Source: Camelus dromedarius
Taxonomy: Eukaryota
Length of the DNA: 64,000 nt
Direction: 5' to 3'
Assembly (NCBI RefSeq): GCF_036321535.1
Contig: NC_087437.1
Location: 7,316,001-7,380,000 of the forward strand
Position numbers and translations under genes: made by a program. The notes beneath the pieces are model-generated. The model was not told the origin of the DNA and did no database searches. It saw nothing but the letters and a program-made list of their open reading frames with translations. Shown piece after piece: positions 37,391-51,169 of the stretch (position 1 is the stretch's first letter; the number at the start of each line of letters is the position of its first letter).

Positions 37391-40343
37391 TAAAGCATTT
37401 TTACCAACTTCCAGAGGCATTCAAAATTGTTTATTGGTCATGTGATTTTTCCGTAAATTTTTCTTCATTTGTATTATTCTCTTCTCTGTACTTTTCTCTC
37501 TCAAATAATAATAAAAATACATCAAATGGATTATGAAAATAGCTTTGTGGATATTGATTTTTATCACACTTGGCTGTGGCTATTTTTCCTAATTTCTGAG
37601 AAAAGTTTGGAGTTTGGACCCTAGCTCTTCCCTCGAGGATATGGTTATCAACAGGTTTTGGAGAGAGAAAAAGAAGGACATTTAAAAGGAAGATATGCTG
37701 GATTCTACAATCAGACCTAGGCATTACCTCCCATCCGTCCAAGGATATGATGACCTTTCATTACAATTTATAATATTTAACTTTCCTCTAAGTACTATGA
37801 GGGGGCCAAACATACGCCTCGGGTTATTAAGTTCTCGGGAGACTTGGCTCTTGATGGGAAAAGGCCTGAAACTGGGTGACTTTTTACTTTAAGGCAAATT
37901 TTATATTCTTGGGGCTCCTCTCTTTTAAAGAAAAACAATTTTAAAAACCTGTAATTGTCATTCTTAACTAAGCATTACAGCCATGGAAAATAGCTAGTTG
38001 TTCACTGTGGGCAATATTGTAGAAATCAGATTTGCTGATTAACAAATAAACTTACAAAATATTTCTGAAAGGTTTTCTCATCAACCTGCTAAGAATTCAT
38101 TTAGCCTTGGGAAACCCCTTCAGATCTGCAAGTTACTCTGAGGCCTCAAATATAATCTCCTTGAACACATTCTTAAAATCCTTCAGTTTGCACTGGTAGT
38201 TATCAAATATATTTAAGTATTTGGCAAGAAAATTAAAATATGAAAACTAATATAGCAATTGCCCCCAAAAACACAGTTTTCCAAGGAGATTTTGATGATT
38301 CAGAAAGAAATCTATGAAAGCTGTTTGGTATTTAAATGATACAACTGCATTCTGACATTGCTTTTTATAAAAATAAACTGGCCCAAGAATATAATAAAAA
38401 TAATCTGTATAAACTCGCTATATTTTATCTGAACAACAGGGAACAGAAAGAGCAAAGTTACCTGCTAGCCTGTCTTCTAATAAGTGAAGTTCTTGTAGAA
38501 AACTCACATTCATAAGTCAAGCATTTTATGGAGCATTTACTCAACCAATAAAATACCGAGTATTTTTTAAATAACTGCACTCTGTTAGTGTATTGAAAAC
38601 ATGATTCAGTTTAGGTAAATTATTTTTAAGTTCAACTTTTTAGAAATGTAAATATTACATTGAAATTATATATACATGATTATTTTAAACATGAATTTTC
38701 GATTAGACTAGCTGCAGACACATGAATGTAGGAATTTATGTCTGTACGTACAGAGACGTGGAAATGCCAGTGTTTGTATTATAATTCACCAGAGAAAGTA
38801 CCTTTGGAATCTTTAACCAGTTTGTGTGGCTATAATACCCATGGTTAGTTATGGCTGCAGAACAAATAACTTCCTTCTGTTTTTCTTTTTAAAAATTGAA
38901 AAAAAAATGAATTACAGCGGTTCCACTTGAATATATGTGAAAAAATGAAAACGATACAGATGGAGCTATGTCACCCTTATCTGGCACGTCTGTTCCTATA
39001 TTTTCCCTAAGGATATCAAAGATTTTTTTGTTCATTAGATCAGTTTGGTATAGGAGCTTCTTCTATGCATGTATACACAGTGATATGTAGTTGTATATAG
39101 ATGTATTTTGCATGAATTTTTTAAAATGGTATAATACCATATTTATTCTTCTGTAGGGCTTTTGTCACTCAACAATATGTCCTGATAACCCTTTCACATC
39201 GTTTACATAAATTGACCACATTCAGTCCAAATTACACATATGATTCCATTGTATAGCTCTGCTTTTTCCTTCTCGTTCTGAATGTTACAGAATGATGAAT
39301 TTTCTTCTTAAATTTTCTTGCTATCAGAACAATGTTGTAGTAGACATCACTGCATTTGCCTCCTTCTGCACACAGACGCGTGTCTCCCAGAACAGATCAT
39401 GAGAAGTGGGATTCCAGGATTAAAAGGAATTTGCTCATTTATTTACTTTTAAAAGGTTCAGAAATATCCCAGTCAAAGTGTCTGTATGAACTGATTTTCC
39501 ATCAATAGTATTAAAAATACCCATTTCTTCACATTTCACTACCTCTTAATATCATTAAGCTTTGTGATTTTTATCAGTCTTGTTGTGCTCTGTGGCGTTT
39601 TCCTGGTTATTCGTGGCACTAAGCATCTTTGAAGTGTTTGTCAGCCGCCGGCATTTCTTATTCTGTGAATGGTCTGCTCACGTCCTTTACCCACTTTTTC
39701 AGTTGGGTTGATTGTCTCTTTAGTAATTTTTAAGAGTTCAAAAATAGATTCTGGTTTTTAATCCTTTTCATTATAAACAATGAAAACATATCATTCCCAA
39801 TCTGTACTTTCTCTGTAAAATTTTTGAGTTTTCATACTTTGTATCATTTGTCTTACTGAGATTTTCTTTAAATACAGAATATAGCAGAATTTTCCATAAT
39901 GATATTTTTCAGTTTTTGTCTTGTTTAAGAAGACCTAACTCTATTCTAAGATTCTAAACACATTTTGCCACAGTTCCTTTGAACAGATTAATAAAATTTT
40001 TTGGAAAAACAGATCTTTAATCTATTTGGGATTTTGTTTTATTTATGTGAATAGTAAGAGCTAAGTACCTAAGATTATTATTTTATATTCTTCTAAAAGA
40101 ATAGTTAACTGTCACAACACCATCTTTTTTCACTGCATACAAAATATACAGCATTTCCACAGGTATACAGATCTGTGTCTCGGATTTCTATTACTTTTCA
40201 CTGATCAGTTTTTTTATGCATGAATATTACTCTACTTTAATTGACACAAGTTTATCACATAGCATAATATCTGGAAAAAAGGGAGTTCTCAATAGTTCCT
40301 ATTTTCTGAGAAATCTTGGTTATACTTGTATTCATTCTCTTTC

Positions 40344-40508
40344 TTTTTATATAATTTATTATTTTTTAAAATAAATTTTTTGGAGGGTGGGTAATTAGGT
40401 TTGTTTGTTTGTTTGCTTGTTTATTTATCTTAATGGAGGGACTGGGGATTGAATCCAGTACCTCACGCATACTAAGCACATCCTCTACCCTTGAGCTACA
40501 CCCTCCCC
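40344..40508 (-). mobile_element. tRNA-derived SINE, Vic-1-like
   Basis: Minus strand reads ggggagggtgtagctcaagggtagagg...gcttagtatgcgtgaggtactggattcaatcccc; 12-bp TSD tcattctctttc at 40332-40343 and 40511-40522. Confidence 0.92.
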
Positions 40509-41249
40509 ACTCATTCTCTTTCATGTGGATTTAGAATTGGATTCTCAAGTCACAGGAAAGATCATAATGAAATTTTGATTGAAATGAGATTAAGTTTATG
40601 ATTAGGTTGAGGATAACTGACATTCTTCGATGTGGAGTCTTCTCATTAACCCGAATACATCCATCTCATTGAGGGTAGTCTTTTAGGAACTTCTAGATTC
40701 ATTTTTGTTATTTGTATGTGCATATACTATTCAGATTTCCCTGACTGTCTGAAGCCAATTTTGGAAATTTGTTTTCCAGATTATATCATCCACTTCGTCT
40801 AGGTTTTGAAATTTATTGGCATAACATCACACCTCTGTATCCACAGTTACGGCCCCTAACATTGTTGTCCTGCCCAAGCACCATTCCGTTTGGGCCAGAC
40901 ATAGCAAAAATGTGTTTATTTTATCGGTCTCTTCAGAAAACAAACTTTTCATTTTATTGGTTAATACTTATGATGTATTTTTTTGTTGTTCTTGTTTTCC
41001 TATTTCTCTAATTTCTGCACTATCTTTTATCTTTGGTTCTACCGTTTGGGATTTTTGTTGACATTTTTCTAGTTTATTTCACTGTTTTTTAGCTCATTTA
41101 TATTCATTCTTTATTTGTAATGTCTGCTCCTGAAGTTACAGATTTTCTTTAGGCACTTCTCTGGTAGCATACCCCTGGTTGATATTTACACCATGCAGTG
41201 TTATTTATTTATTGTTTCCTTTTGTCTGTAACTTTGGGTTTTGCATATT

Positions 41250-42380
41250 AAATTTTAAATTTTAAGAAAAATTACAAAAATAGTACAAATAACTGCATAA
41301 TGACCTTTATCCAGATTATCCGGTTATTAATATTTTGTCTCATTTCCTTTATTTTTCACTATTTATAGGTTTCTGTACATAAACATATGTATATATCTTT
41401 GCATATATACATATGTGTATATATGTACATGTATGCATCTATAGTTTTTTCTAAACAATTTGAGAGTAAAGTACAGACATCCTATCCCCGAACTCTTAAA
41501 TACTTCTCACATAATCACTATTGGATTTTCAAATCTTGAAAGATCAGATTGATTTAATTTTATCATCCAATCCTAAAACCATATTAAATTACACTAACTG
41601 CCCAAATATTCTGGTTTTTTTTTTTCTCCTGGTCCAGGATATAAGCCAAGATTGATCATTTTATTCCATTGTTATATTTCTCAAAATTCCTTTAATCTGG
41701 AAAATTTTTCCTCAGCCTTTCTTTGTGTTTCATGACCTTACAACTTGACTATAATTTAATAGTCAAGAATAAAGATCTGCAGACAAATATGAAACTCTAG
41801 TTAGTAAGTTTGTTTCTCACAAAGATATGGATAAACAATTCTGAAACCACTTCTTAAGCTTGAGGAAATGAGTGAGCATATTGTGGATCAAGGGATCCAG
41901 GTTTCTCATGGACAGAGAAAGGAGTCATAAAGATGAGGAGGCAGAAGACCAGAATGAACCCTGTCCTCTGGAAGGGTCTAGAGGCAATGACTCTGCTAGA
42001 GTAGTGAGTGTGGCTAGGGCTTCGTTCCTGAATGGAACTCCTCATTAAAAGAACCAGCACTCCTGGGGAGGTGGCTGGTTTCAGAGTGCGGGCAGGGAAA
42101 ACACAAAGTGATGCTGGAATGCCTTGGACAAGAGAGTCAAGGAGTGTTCACAAAAGGATGGAGTCATGTCAGAAGGACAAGGAGCCACCTTGAAGGGCTC
42201 CCACTGGCCAAATTTAGAACAATTTTGAGGTCAAAATAAATGATTATAACAATTATATTCAACTGAATAAAATAAGAATTCATAATTTCATATATATGTA
42301 AGTAGCTACATGGACCGATAGGTAGAAAGGGAGAAAGGAAGGAAGGGAGGGAGGGAACACTTCCTTGCAATAAAATGCCA
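41250..42380. mobile_element. L1MC3/L1MC4-like 3' UTR in two opposite orientations (41250-~41740 minus, ~41762-42380 plus)
   Basis: Minus part aaaattacaaaaatagtacaa...tttgagagtaa; plus part caattctgaaaccact...attaaaagaaccag...gagccaccttgaagggctcccactggccaaattt. Confidence 0.65.
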
Positions 42381-43084
42381 TTTATTGCTAAGTTGTTTAT
42401 ACTTTGAATTTCATTTTTTCTTTAATTCAAGAGTTCTTAGACATTGTCGTTTTAAATTTCCAGTTGAACAGGTTTGGATGGTGAGGGGTGGGTGTGGTGG
42501 TGATGGTGGGCGTGGCTTGCTTAGAATGACTCATGTCTGATTTTATTAAATTATAGTCAATGAATGTGATCCAAAGGATTTTTACTATTTAAAAAATATG
42601 TGGAGATATCATTTGTGGCAAGATGTATTATCAATTTTTGTGAACATTCTTTCCTTATTAAATAAAATTCTGTCATTTAAATACGTATTGTCTCCTTTAA
42701 GCTATAAAATCATATGCCGTGGTGTATATATAACTTTCTCTATATACATATAACTATGCATAAAACCAAAAAGAGAACTTGTTCTTCTCACAATAGAAGA
42801 AGTCCACAGCTTATTCAGTAATGTCACAAATTCACTAATGTTCTAGGTTTCATCTCTCCTTCTGTGACTCCGTGTTCCACGGGTAGCGTTCTTCCTTATG
42901 GCTACCTCTGTTCATGAGATAGTTTCTTCTTCCACTTCCAGACCCACATCATTCCCCAAAGAAGAGGAAAGATGGCACTTTGGCACTATCAGAAAGGCTG
43001 ACCACACCAGGAAATCCTGAGTAGCCATCTGCGTGGATGTCATTGGCGGGAACAGTGGGGATCGGCCACCCTACCAAAGGGTGT

Positions 43085-43440
43085 GGAGCTTAGGAGACAG
43101 ATCTCAGGCATGGAGACTGCTTGGGCCATTCAGTCAATGGATGCCACTTGCAGCTTTGGGGTGAATGAAGTGAACCCTCCCAAGGACAGTGTGCATAGAA
43201 CAAATGATTTAGGCCTAGGATCCACACCAATTAAGAAAGATGAGCAGAGGAAAAGGAGTCTGCAAAGAAAATGGAGAAGAGCCAGCCAAGAAAATTGGGA
43301 ATAAAACCAGGAGACTCTGGAATCCTGGAAGCCAAGGTAGGAGAGTATTCAAGGAATATGTAATATCAAGAACTGCAGAAAGGTAAGGATGGAATCGTGT
43401 ATTTTTGTCACAGTGTTCATCAATATGTGATTTTGCACCA
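43085..43440 (-). mobile_element. L2 LINE fragment
   Basis: ggagcttaggagacagatctcaggc...gagaagagccagcc...aaaccaggagact...ggaagccaagg (antisense L2). Confidence 0.55.
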
Positions 43441-43792
43441 TCCCTTATTTTTTTTCTGCCATGCCAAGGCATGAACAAGAAAGCATCCTTACACTCCTGC
43501 TCACAGGCCCCCTGGTAGACAATAGGTCCCCATTGAATTTAGCTGTCATTTGCCCTCATTCTCTTCTCTTTCATAATTTCACCAGGAAACTTAAAGAAAA
43601 CATTGTAATAGAATTTTTGAAAAGGAAGTCTGAATGAATTCATTTTTCAGATCATTCCATGAGCCTTTTTTTTTTTTTTTTGGAATGACCACTTCCATTG
43701 ATGTGTGTAAACAGCAGTCATTTAGGACCATGCAGAGGGCATCGTTCCTTTGCTAGATTTTGTTCTCTTCCTATCACACTCAGTTTAACAAA

Positions 43793-43833
<41 letters not shown>

Positions 43834-46369
43834 AAGGGGGAAAAAAAAAGCCCTTATCTGCACAGTTGTGATGAATAGACTTGATTGGGCTCTCACACAG
43901 CAGGCAGGTGATGGCCATTGCCTGTCTATTTCAGGACTAAACTTTAGACTGGCCACAGGTGTTTTTCCTTTTTTGGCTCTGCGGCCCTGCCGTCATTAAG
44001 TTTGCCTGAAGCAGCAGACAGCTTCTGGGAGACCAAAAGATGGGGGGAGGCAGGGTGCAGAGACAATCCAGCTGACATTTCAAGCAGGAAATGCAACCAT
44101 CTGAATGTAAAGAAGATAAACCCTGTCTCTACATGGACTGTGCACTCAGGGGAAATCGAGGTAAAGTATAACGGGATTCGGAGAAGGGGGATATTAAACA
44201 CGTGCCTTTGAGATCACTCTTTGTTTCTGCCATTTCATTACCAGGAGTCCCTTCTCACCTAGAAGTATTGAAAGAGAGGAACATGGCATTCTAAGATACC
44301 ACTGGAAATTAAAATTTTGGTGGAAATGTTTTTTCTTTATCAAATGCAATGGTTATTTTTTCCATATGTGCTCAGCCTAACCATACAAAGCAAATAACAA
44401 GTGAACGTCATGGGGCATCTCATTAGTATAGGCAGACTCCAGGACTGAACACAGTTAAAATTCATGGAAGTGTGACTTCTAGGACGCGGGAGAAGACATC
44501 TTGCCTCCTCTTCCAGCTCTCACCCCAGAGACTTCTCACCCATCAGCTTGTGTTCCAAATTCCTCAACAGGAAGCAAAGTTTCCAAATTTGAGTTCAGGC
44601 TTGACACGTAAGGTAATAGGAAAGTGACTGCACTATCTGACATGTATATTGGAATATACGTGAGTGACATCGTAGCTTGAAGTCAGATTTTAATAATAGG
44701 CCATCACTAGAACCAGAAAGGACAAGATGACATGGCAGAAGTGATGACTGTGAGGGCAGATATCACTAAGAGTTTTACATGGGTCTGGACTTCCTTTTTT
44801 TATCCTGATGAGTTTGTAAACTTCACCCTGGAGTACATATGAATAAATATATGCAATGTGCACAATACCTTCCCAAATATGAAGATTTTGAAACCAGAAG
44901 AAGAAAACTTATGTGAAACAAAGTGAACACCATGGCTTATATAATTCCTAAATATAGCTTAAAAGTACAGATTCAGCACCTTTTAAAGTATAGGGATCAT
45001 GGCGAAAGTGAGTAGTTTTGTCTGGTGGTGTTTGTTTGTTTGTTTTTGCTTTTTAAACAGAGTAGATGGATTCTTTTCCAGTTGTTAAAAGCCAATTTCT
45101 GGGGCATGTGGAATCACAATTCTAAAAGATGATAGAATCTTTTATTTAAGATGACCTTAAAATTTTATGAGAGCCCAATCACTAATTTTGTGTTTGAAAT
45201 GTGTCTTTAAGAAAATCAGAAAACATTATATCCACTGTGATATTCCTCTACTGTTAGGGGAGAAAATGATGCCCTAAAACATTAGAGCAAATACTTTTCA
45301 GAGACCAGCCCAGCAAATTGTCAGCATTGCCAAAGTTAGAGCCGAGAGATTTGTCTTCCAGGTCGCTGTTCTAATCTGCTGGATGCTCTTCTTTTTTTGT
45401 TGTTATCACATAAAACCATCCATGTAGCTCCAGAGAAAGGATAATTTCTTTAATCAAGTGAGCCAGGAACATTCTGGCAGTCATTTTCTAAATGACAACC
45501 AAGACGCCATTACTGCTAGGTCATCCACCTCCACCCCATCCCCAGTGGCAAACTGACTTCAGATCACATCCATACTGCCCTCACAGAAGCAACAGGTCTA
45601 GTTGACGTGACTCTCTGTTACAATAAGAGTAGGTGGTATTCACATGACTGTGTATATTTGCATAGGTTGTTTGTTTCCTTTACAGAAAATGCCCCCAGGG
45701 GGAGCTCATAAAGGCAGATTGTGTAGTCTACTCAGATACTGCTCAAGGACCTCTACATTTGGAATCTGGGATGGGTTTTCTTGAGCTGGAATCACTTAAG
45801 GATGCTCCAGGGGAAACCTGGATGCTGATCGGCTGTGGTGAACAATATCTGGACTTGAATGTAAAATCATTTCTTGGAGGAGCAAATGATGATAAACAGT
45901 CATTGACTTTGAGTTTCATCCCAGAATATGTGTGCTGGGCTAATGGATAATGGAGAAGGATTAGACAGCTCAAGTGTGCATTCCACGCTCAGGCTTAGCC
46001 TGTCAGGAGACAATGTCCTGGTATAGCTTGTCACTATGACACTTTCAAGGATAGACAAGACAGGCATATTTTCTGGAGTTTTAAATGCTCATATTTATGA
46101 GTTACACAAGTGTACGATTCAGTCCCTTTGCATGGATTAAGAGTAAAACTAAAATGAAAGACGTCATGGTTATAAGCCAGCTATCTTTTATTTAAACATA
46201 GTAATAGCAATACAAAAGAAATAACTGTATTTCCATTTCTCCATTAATAATTTTGCAAGAGTATAATCTTCATGATGGCCACTTTCTATAGCACTAACAG
46301 GAGGAAGGCTCAAAATTATGGGCAAGTCAATTATGTTTACTAAAGAAATCTAGTTGAAGCTTATGCTGC

Positions 46370-46760
46370 AGGGAAGCGTGCCCAATTCTAGGACACAGAG
46401 GAGAGACGGAATGGTCTTCCCTGCCCTTAGAGTTTAGAGTCTACCAGGAAAGACAGTGAACACAAACATAAACAATAATAGTGTAGAATAAAAATCAGTA
46501 AGTTCAAGAGAAGAAGTTCAGGAAAAGAGCTGTGAGAGCTGAAAGTAACCAGAGGGGCAACCTGTAGCCATTGGCAGTCAGGGGATTCTTCCTTGTAGAA
46601 GAGAGAGGAGGTTGTTGCTTTAAGGAATAGGTGGGATTTGAAGACGTAGAGATGAGACAGAGAGGAGTTGCAGACGGAGAAGTGAGTGCAATCAAAAGCT
46701 TGGAGAGCTAGGTGGACAAAACAGTCAAGTTTTGGAAACAGAGAAGTTCAGTTTGACTAG
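46370..46760 (-). mobile_element. L2 LINE fragment
   Basis: ccctgcccttagagtttagagtctaccaggaaagacag...ttaaggaataggtgggattt...caaaagcttggag. Confidence 0.5.
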
Positions 46761-49700
46761 TTGTTTTATCAATCAGCTTGTAACTGGATTTGTTTACGAT
46801 GCCTAGCAAAGTGTATCTGTTTGCAAGAATATTTTTCACCTATTTGACATATAAAATTAATTCATGCCTTGGTAAGAGCAAGCAAGTGGTTATGGAGACC
46901 CTACAGAGCAGCTGAGTTCACTACAGGGAAGGAGAATTAGTGTTTGGGTGGAAGGTGATTGAAGTTATGGCTCATGCCTCCCGGGGAAACCCTACTTGGA
47001 ACTGAGTAAGTTTGTTGAGTGTGGAGCATTCTCCGATGCCTGACATTTGTTGGATAAATTCTCTGGGACTCTAGATTTTATTATCGATGATTCATTAAAA
47101 ATGTTTCATTTCAGGAAAGACATGTCTTTTTTGGTTGTTGTTGGCTCTCTATGGGATCATGGGTTATTTTCCAAATAACATATTCATCTTTCAAGATTCA
47201 GCCACCAACGCTCCCCCCCTTCGCGAAGTCTTCCTTCCTCAACCCTTCCCTGCAAATGCCTATCAAACAAGAATATAATCCATTTTGGCCTGCCTGCTTC
47301 ATCCCTGCCCCCACCCTGAAAGTGGCACCTACTTATCCTCAATTTCACACCGTAAGTTCTCAAATAACATTGCTGACTGGCAGAGAGAAAGTGAGAATGA
47401 GAAAACAAATAATTAAAGGGGGTTATTTTTAAATCGCTGCAGTGTTTGCTGATTTATTACGAGACATATGTGAATAGGTTGGTTCTAGCTCCCTTCCTTT
47501 GAAGAACGGTTGGTTCAACTGGCTAACTCTTCTCTGGGAAGGAGACGTCTGGAGAGTGCGTGTCACCTGCTCTCCCACCCAGCCCACCTTCCACACTGGG
47601 CTTTAGAATCAGTGTGATCCAACCCCAATGTTCACCCAGGGATAAAAATAGTATCTACTTACAAGACCTGGAAACTGGGGATGCGGGGAGCAGGGAAAAG
47701 GGTTTTGGGGGGTGGAAATACTGTCTGCTTTGGACAGTCTCATGCCCACTGTTTCAGAAGCACTTCTGATATTTCCAGAGTCCATTTCGATTTATTCTCT
47801 TTCTACAATTCACCTCCTCATCCCCACATTCCTCCCCTTTGGCTTTTGTGACCACTGTGATTCTTGGTGTCTTCTTGACTCTTCAGTAATGCTGACAGTC
47901 CACAATTTCCTCCTTCACTTTTTGAGTATCAATTTTTTTTATAGTAGCCTATAAACTACCTCATTAATCAGATAGTGTAAAATCCAATTAGAGACATTAA
48001 AATCCAGAAATACAAGTGTTAAGGAATGTATTTCTTGATTGACAAGGAAGCCAAATAGACCCATCTATTTAGAATCTTAGCAACAATTAGCTGCCTTAGT
48101 TTCATTTATTGTGACATAAAAAATCTGGTTTATTGAGAGCTCTATTGAAGAAGATTTCTATGATATGCACCATGAGAAAATATCTTCAAACTAAAATGAT
48201 TGTTTTGCTGTAATAAATTGAACCATATGTACACTATGTTATTCAATCTTTTTTCTTCAAGGCATAAATTGATATTAAAGAACATTTAAGTCATAACACA
48301 TGGTTATCCAGGCATGAACGAGGCAATAACCCATATAAGTTGTCAAGGTGAAGCCAAAGCATTTATTAGAGGTTTGTGTTGTTTTTGAAAAGTGCATGGT
48401 TGGATAAACATGGATTAGTGCTATTATGCTGCTACGATGACTCAAGTGTGTTTTTACAGTGTCAGTAATTTTTATGTTTAAAAATCACTGGTGCAGTATA
48501 TTAGCTATAATTTATGTTTATCATCTTGTGTACTCTAATAGGTTTCAACAAACCATTTAACACTTCAGCTTGTGCATATACATTACTTAATAGGTATTTA
48601 TCTTAAAAAAGAGATACTTAACGGAACTTTCAAAGCTTGCAACTGCGTGCTAAGAGAGAATACTGCAGTGTGTCACATTAACTTTCTTTTCCCTGTTTGT
48701 AGTTAACTTTGAACATTCTGGCCATTCACTCCTTTGTTCGTTGTGCTACCGAATGACACAAGAAGACTGTAGTCTGTGAGTGTCCTTGTCAGCAGGAATG
48801 ACATCAAGTTCTCCCAGCACGGAGCGTCCGTCACACTTGCTAAGTAGGTGGCTGCACAATTTAGCCAACACAGCTGAAAATGAGACGAAGGTCCAGCCAT
48901 CAGTCACCACATTGGGTGCCCTTTCAGAGGGGCTAGTTTACTTCTGACTGTAGCCATATCTAGGAGGAGTTTTGTAAATTCTGTGACCCAGAGTCTTGCT
49001 TTAGAAGAATCTCTGAGGGAAGCCTAGGGGCTGTGTGTAGGGGAGGAGGGATGGTGGAGAGTCAGCTGGGACTTCCCAGTCACAGGAGGCTCGTTGCAGC
49101 AATAAAAGAGGGGACTTCATTTATCATGACACTATTGATTCTTCCAAACAGTGCGATGCTTATTGTTTTTGCTGCAATGATGACCTATTTCTCTTTTGGA
49201 TATTCTAGGTGGATGAATTATCGGTGTGTAGTCTTTTCAGAAAGGAGATTGATTTGCTTTTTAAATGTACCCAGAGTTGGTGATGCTGTGATACGGTTTT
49301 TATCTTTTTATTTTATTTTATTTTATTTGAGTTAACTACTTTTGGACTTACTGGTGGTCATGGCAGTTATGGGAATGCTCATGAAACTCTAGTTACTGCT
49401 TACATTAATGATGCCACTTCATTCACTTGTGACATGGCTGGGTAAGTGTTTGTTGGGATCCTGAGATTATGAATATACTGATCCACTCAGTAATACATTT
49501 TTAGAAAGAGACTATAAATTCTCTAGAATCAATCAAGTACATCATCTGGCTGAGTTAGCGAACAGGGAGGATTTATTATTCACCAGGGACAAATCAACCA
49601 AGGTGGACTATTTAGTATTGCAAACTATCTTTTCCCTTATAAAACTAATGGTGACACTTTGACATCTTATCAGAGAGAACCATTATATCTTCATGATCTT

Positions 49701-49945
49701 TTTAATATTGGCAACCTCTGCTAACTGGACCCCAAATTGTTTCCTAAATATTACAAATGTCACTATTTTCATGATAACATCAAAATTACATGCTAAACAT
49801 CATGGACAATTTATCTGAAAATTCTTTGTGGAGTGTGTTTTTAATGAAGAGAATTATAGAGAAAAGTCTCATTAGCATCCTGAATGAATAGTTATATTGT
49901 TTCAAACAGATCAAGAAGGATAATGGTCCAGCCTAAACCGTCTCA

Positions 49946-50167
49946 CAGAACTTTCTAGAATAATGTAAAACTTTCTGGAATGATGCATCTTTCTATGTCT
50001 GAGCTATTCAATACATTAGCCCCTAGCCACATGCGGCTACTGAACACTGGAAATGATCCACTTGAAATGCTAGTGCCGTTGAGCAACTGAATTTTCAATG
50101 TATTTAATTTCAGTTTTGATGTAAATAACCACGTGTAGCTAGTGATTACCATGTTGGATAGTGCAGG
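49946..50167 (+). mobile_element. MER3 hAT-Charlie MITE
   Basis: aactttctggaatgatg...ctagccacatgcggctactgaacact...actgaatttt...gctagtgattaccatgttggatagtgcag. Confidence 0.75.
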
Positions 50168-50639
50168 GAAGTTAGTGCCTTTGAGAAATGCTTGAAGAAC
50201 TATTTACCTGTGGGAGTAGTACTGGATTAGAGAAGCAGAAGTGGGGTGCTAGTGGACAGGTACCCTCTTTTAAAAGGCAGTTTAGGACAAGTCAGAAAAC
50301 ATGAAGGGAGAGAAAAGCCATACAGATTTTGAAATCTTCGTAGCAAGAGAGCTTACTGTAAGAGTGAAGTTATCCACACATGAAACTTAACAACTTTACA
50401 CACGGGTTAAGAGAGGACTGAAGTTTATGAAACATGAAAAAGTTGAAATATTTTTACAAACATATTTAGACAATAGGGAGCATAGTAAGTAATGAAGTAT
50501 CTTAAGGTACTCAGGTGTCATTACTGGATGTGCCTCATGGTTATCTTCTGAGTGACACGCTCCCCTCTCCTCTTCCTAGGCAATCCTCCCTACAAGTAGC
50601 AAGGTCATGTTGCTTACCGGCTTAAAATTCTGCAAGAAT

Positions 50640-51169
50640 CCCACAGACTGAACATTTGCATCTCCATCAAACTCAACTGTTGAAATCCTACCCCCGATGC
50701 AATGGTCTGAGGAGTTGGAGCCCTTGGAAGGTAATTAGGTCATGAGGGCAGATCCCCTAAGAAGGAGATGAGTGCCCTTATAAGAAGAGACACATGGGTG
50801 AAAGTATAGCTTAGTGGTAGATCACATGCCTGGCATGCACGAGGTCCTGGGTTCAATCCCCAGTGCCTCCATTAACAATAAATAAATAAATAAATGATTT
50901 TAAAAGTTAAAAATGTTTTAAAGAAGAAGAGACACAGAGCACTTGCTTTTCCTCTCTCTCCCTCTCTCTCTTGCATACGCTCTCTTCTCTGCTATATGAA
51001 GACACAAGAAGACAACTGTCTGCAAACCAGGAAGAAGACCCTCACCAAATACAAGAGGACCCCCAACAAATATTGGATCTGCTTAGCACCTTGACCAGCC
51101 TCCAGAACTATGAGAAATAAACGTGTAAGCCACCCATTTTATGGTATTCTGTTACAGCAGCCTAAGACA
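50640..51169 (+). mobile_element. MaLR solo LTR, MLT1A/MLT1A0-like, interrupted by a SINE
   Basis: tgttgaaatcctacc...ggtaattaggtcatgaggg...gtgcccttataagaagagac...ccagcctccagaactatgagaaataaa...taagccaccc...tatggtattctgttacagcagcctaagaca. Confidence 0.85.
50795..50923 (+). mobile_element. tRNA-derived SINE, Vic-1-like
   Basis: gtatagcttagtggtag...gcatgcacgaggtcctgggttcaatccccagtgcctcc plus (AAAT)n; 13-bp TSD aagaagagacaca at 50782-50794 and 50924-50936. Confidence 0.93.

Larger units (their letters stand above)
38960..42720 (-). mobile_element. Fragmented ancient L1 (L1ME/L1MC-type), interrupted by younger insertions
   Basis: Degenerate antisense L1 3' UTR/ORF2 blocks (gtcactcaacaatatgtc, gattccattgtata, gaaattttgattgaaat, ataactgacattctt); strongly T-rich. 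Confidence 0.65.

Noticed and set aside
43802..43850. Long poly(A) as the tail of a retrocopy
   Set aside because: No upstream retroposon body and no TSD; treated as a simple mononucleotide tract whose length may be assembly-dependent.
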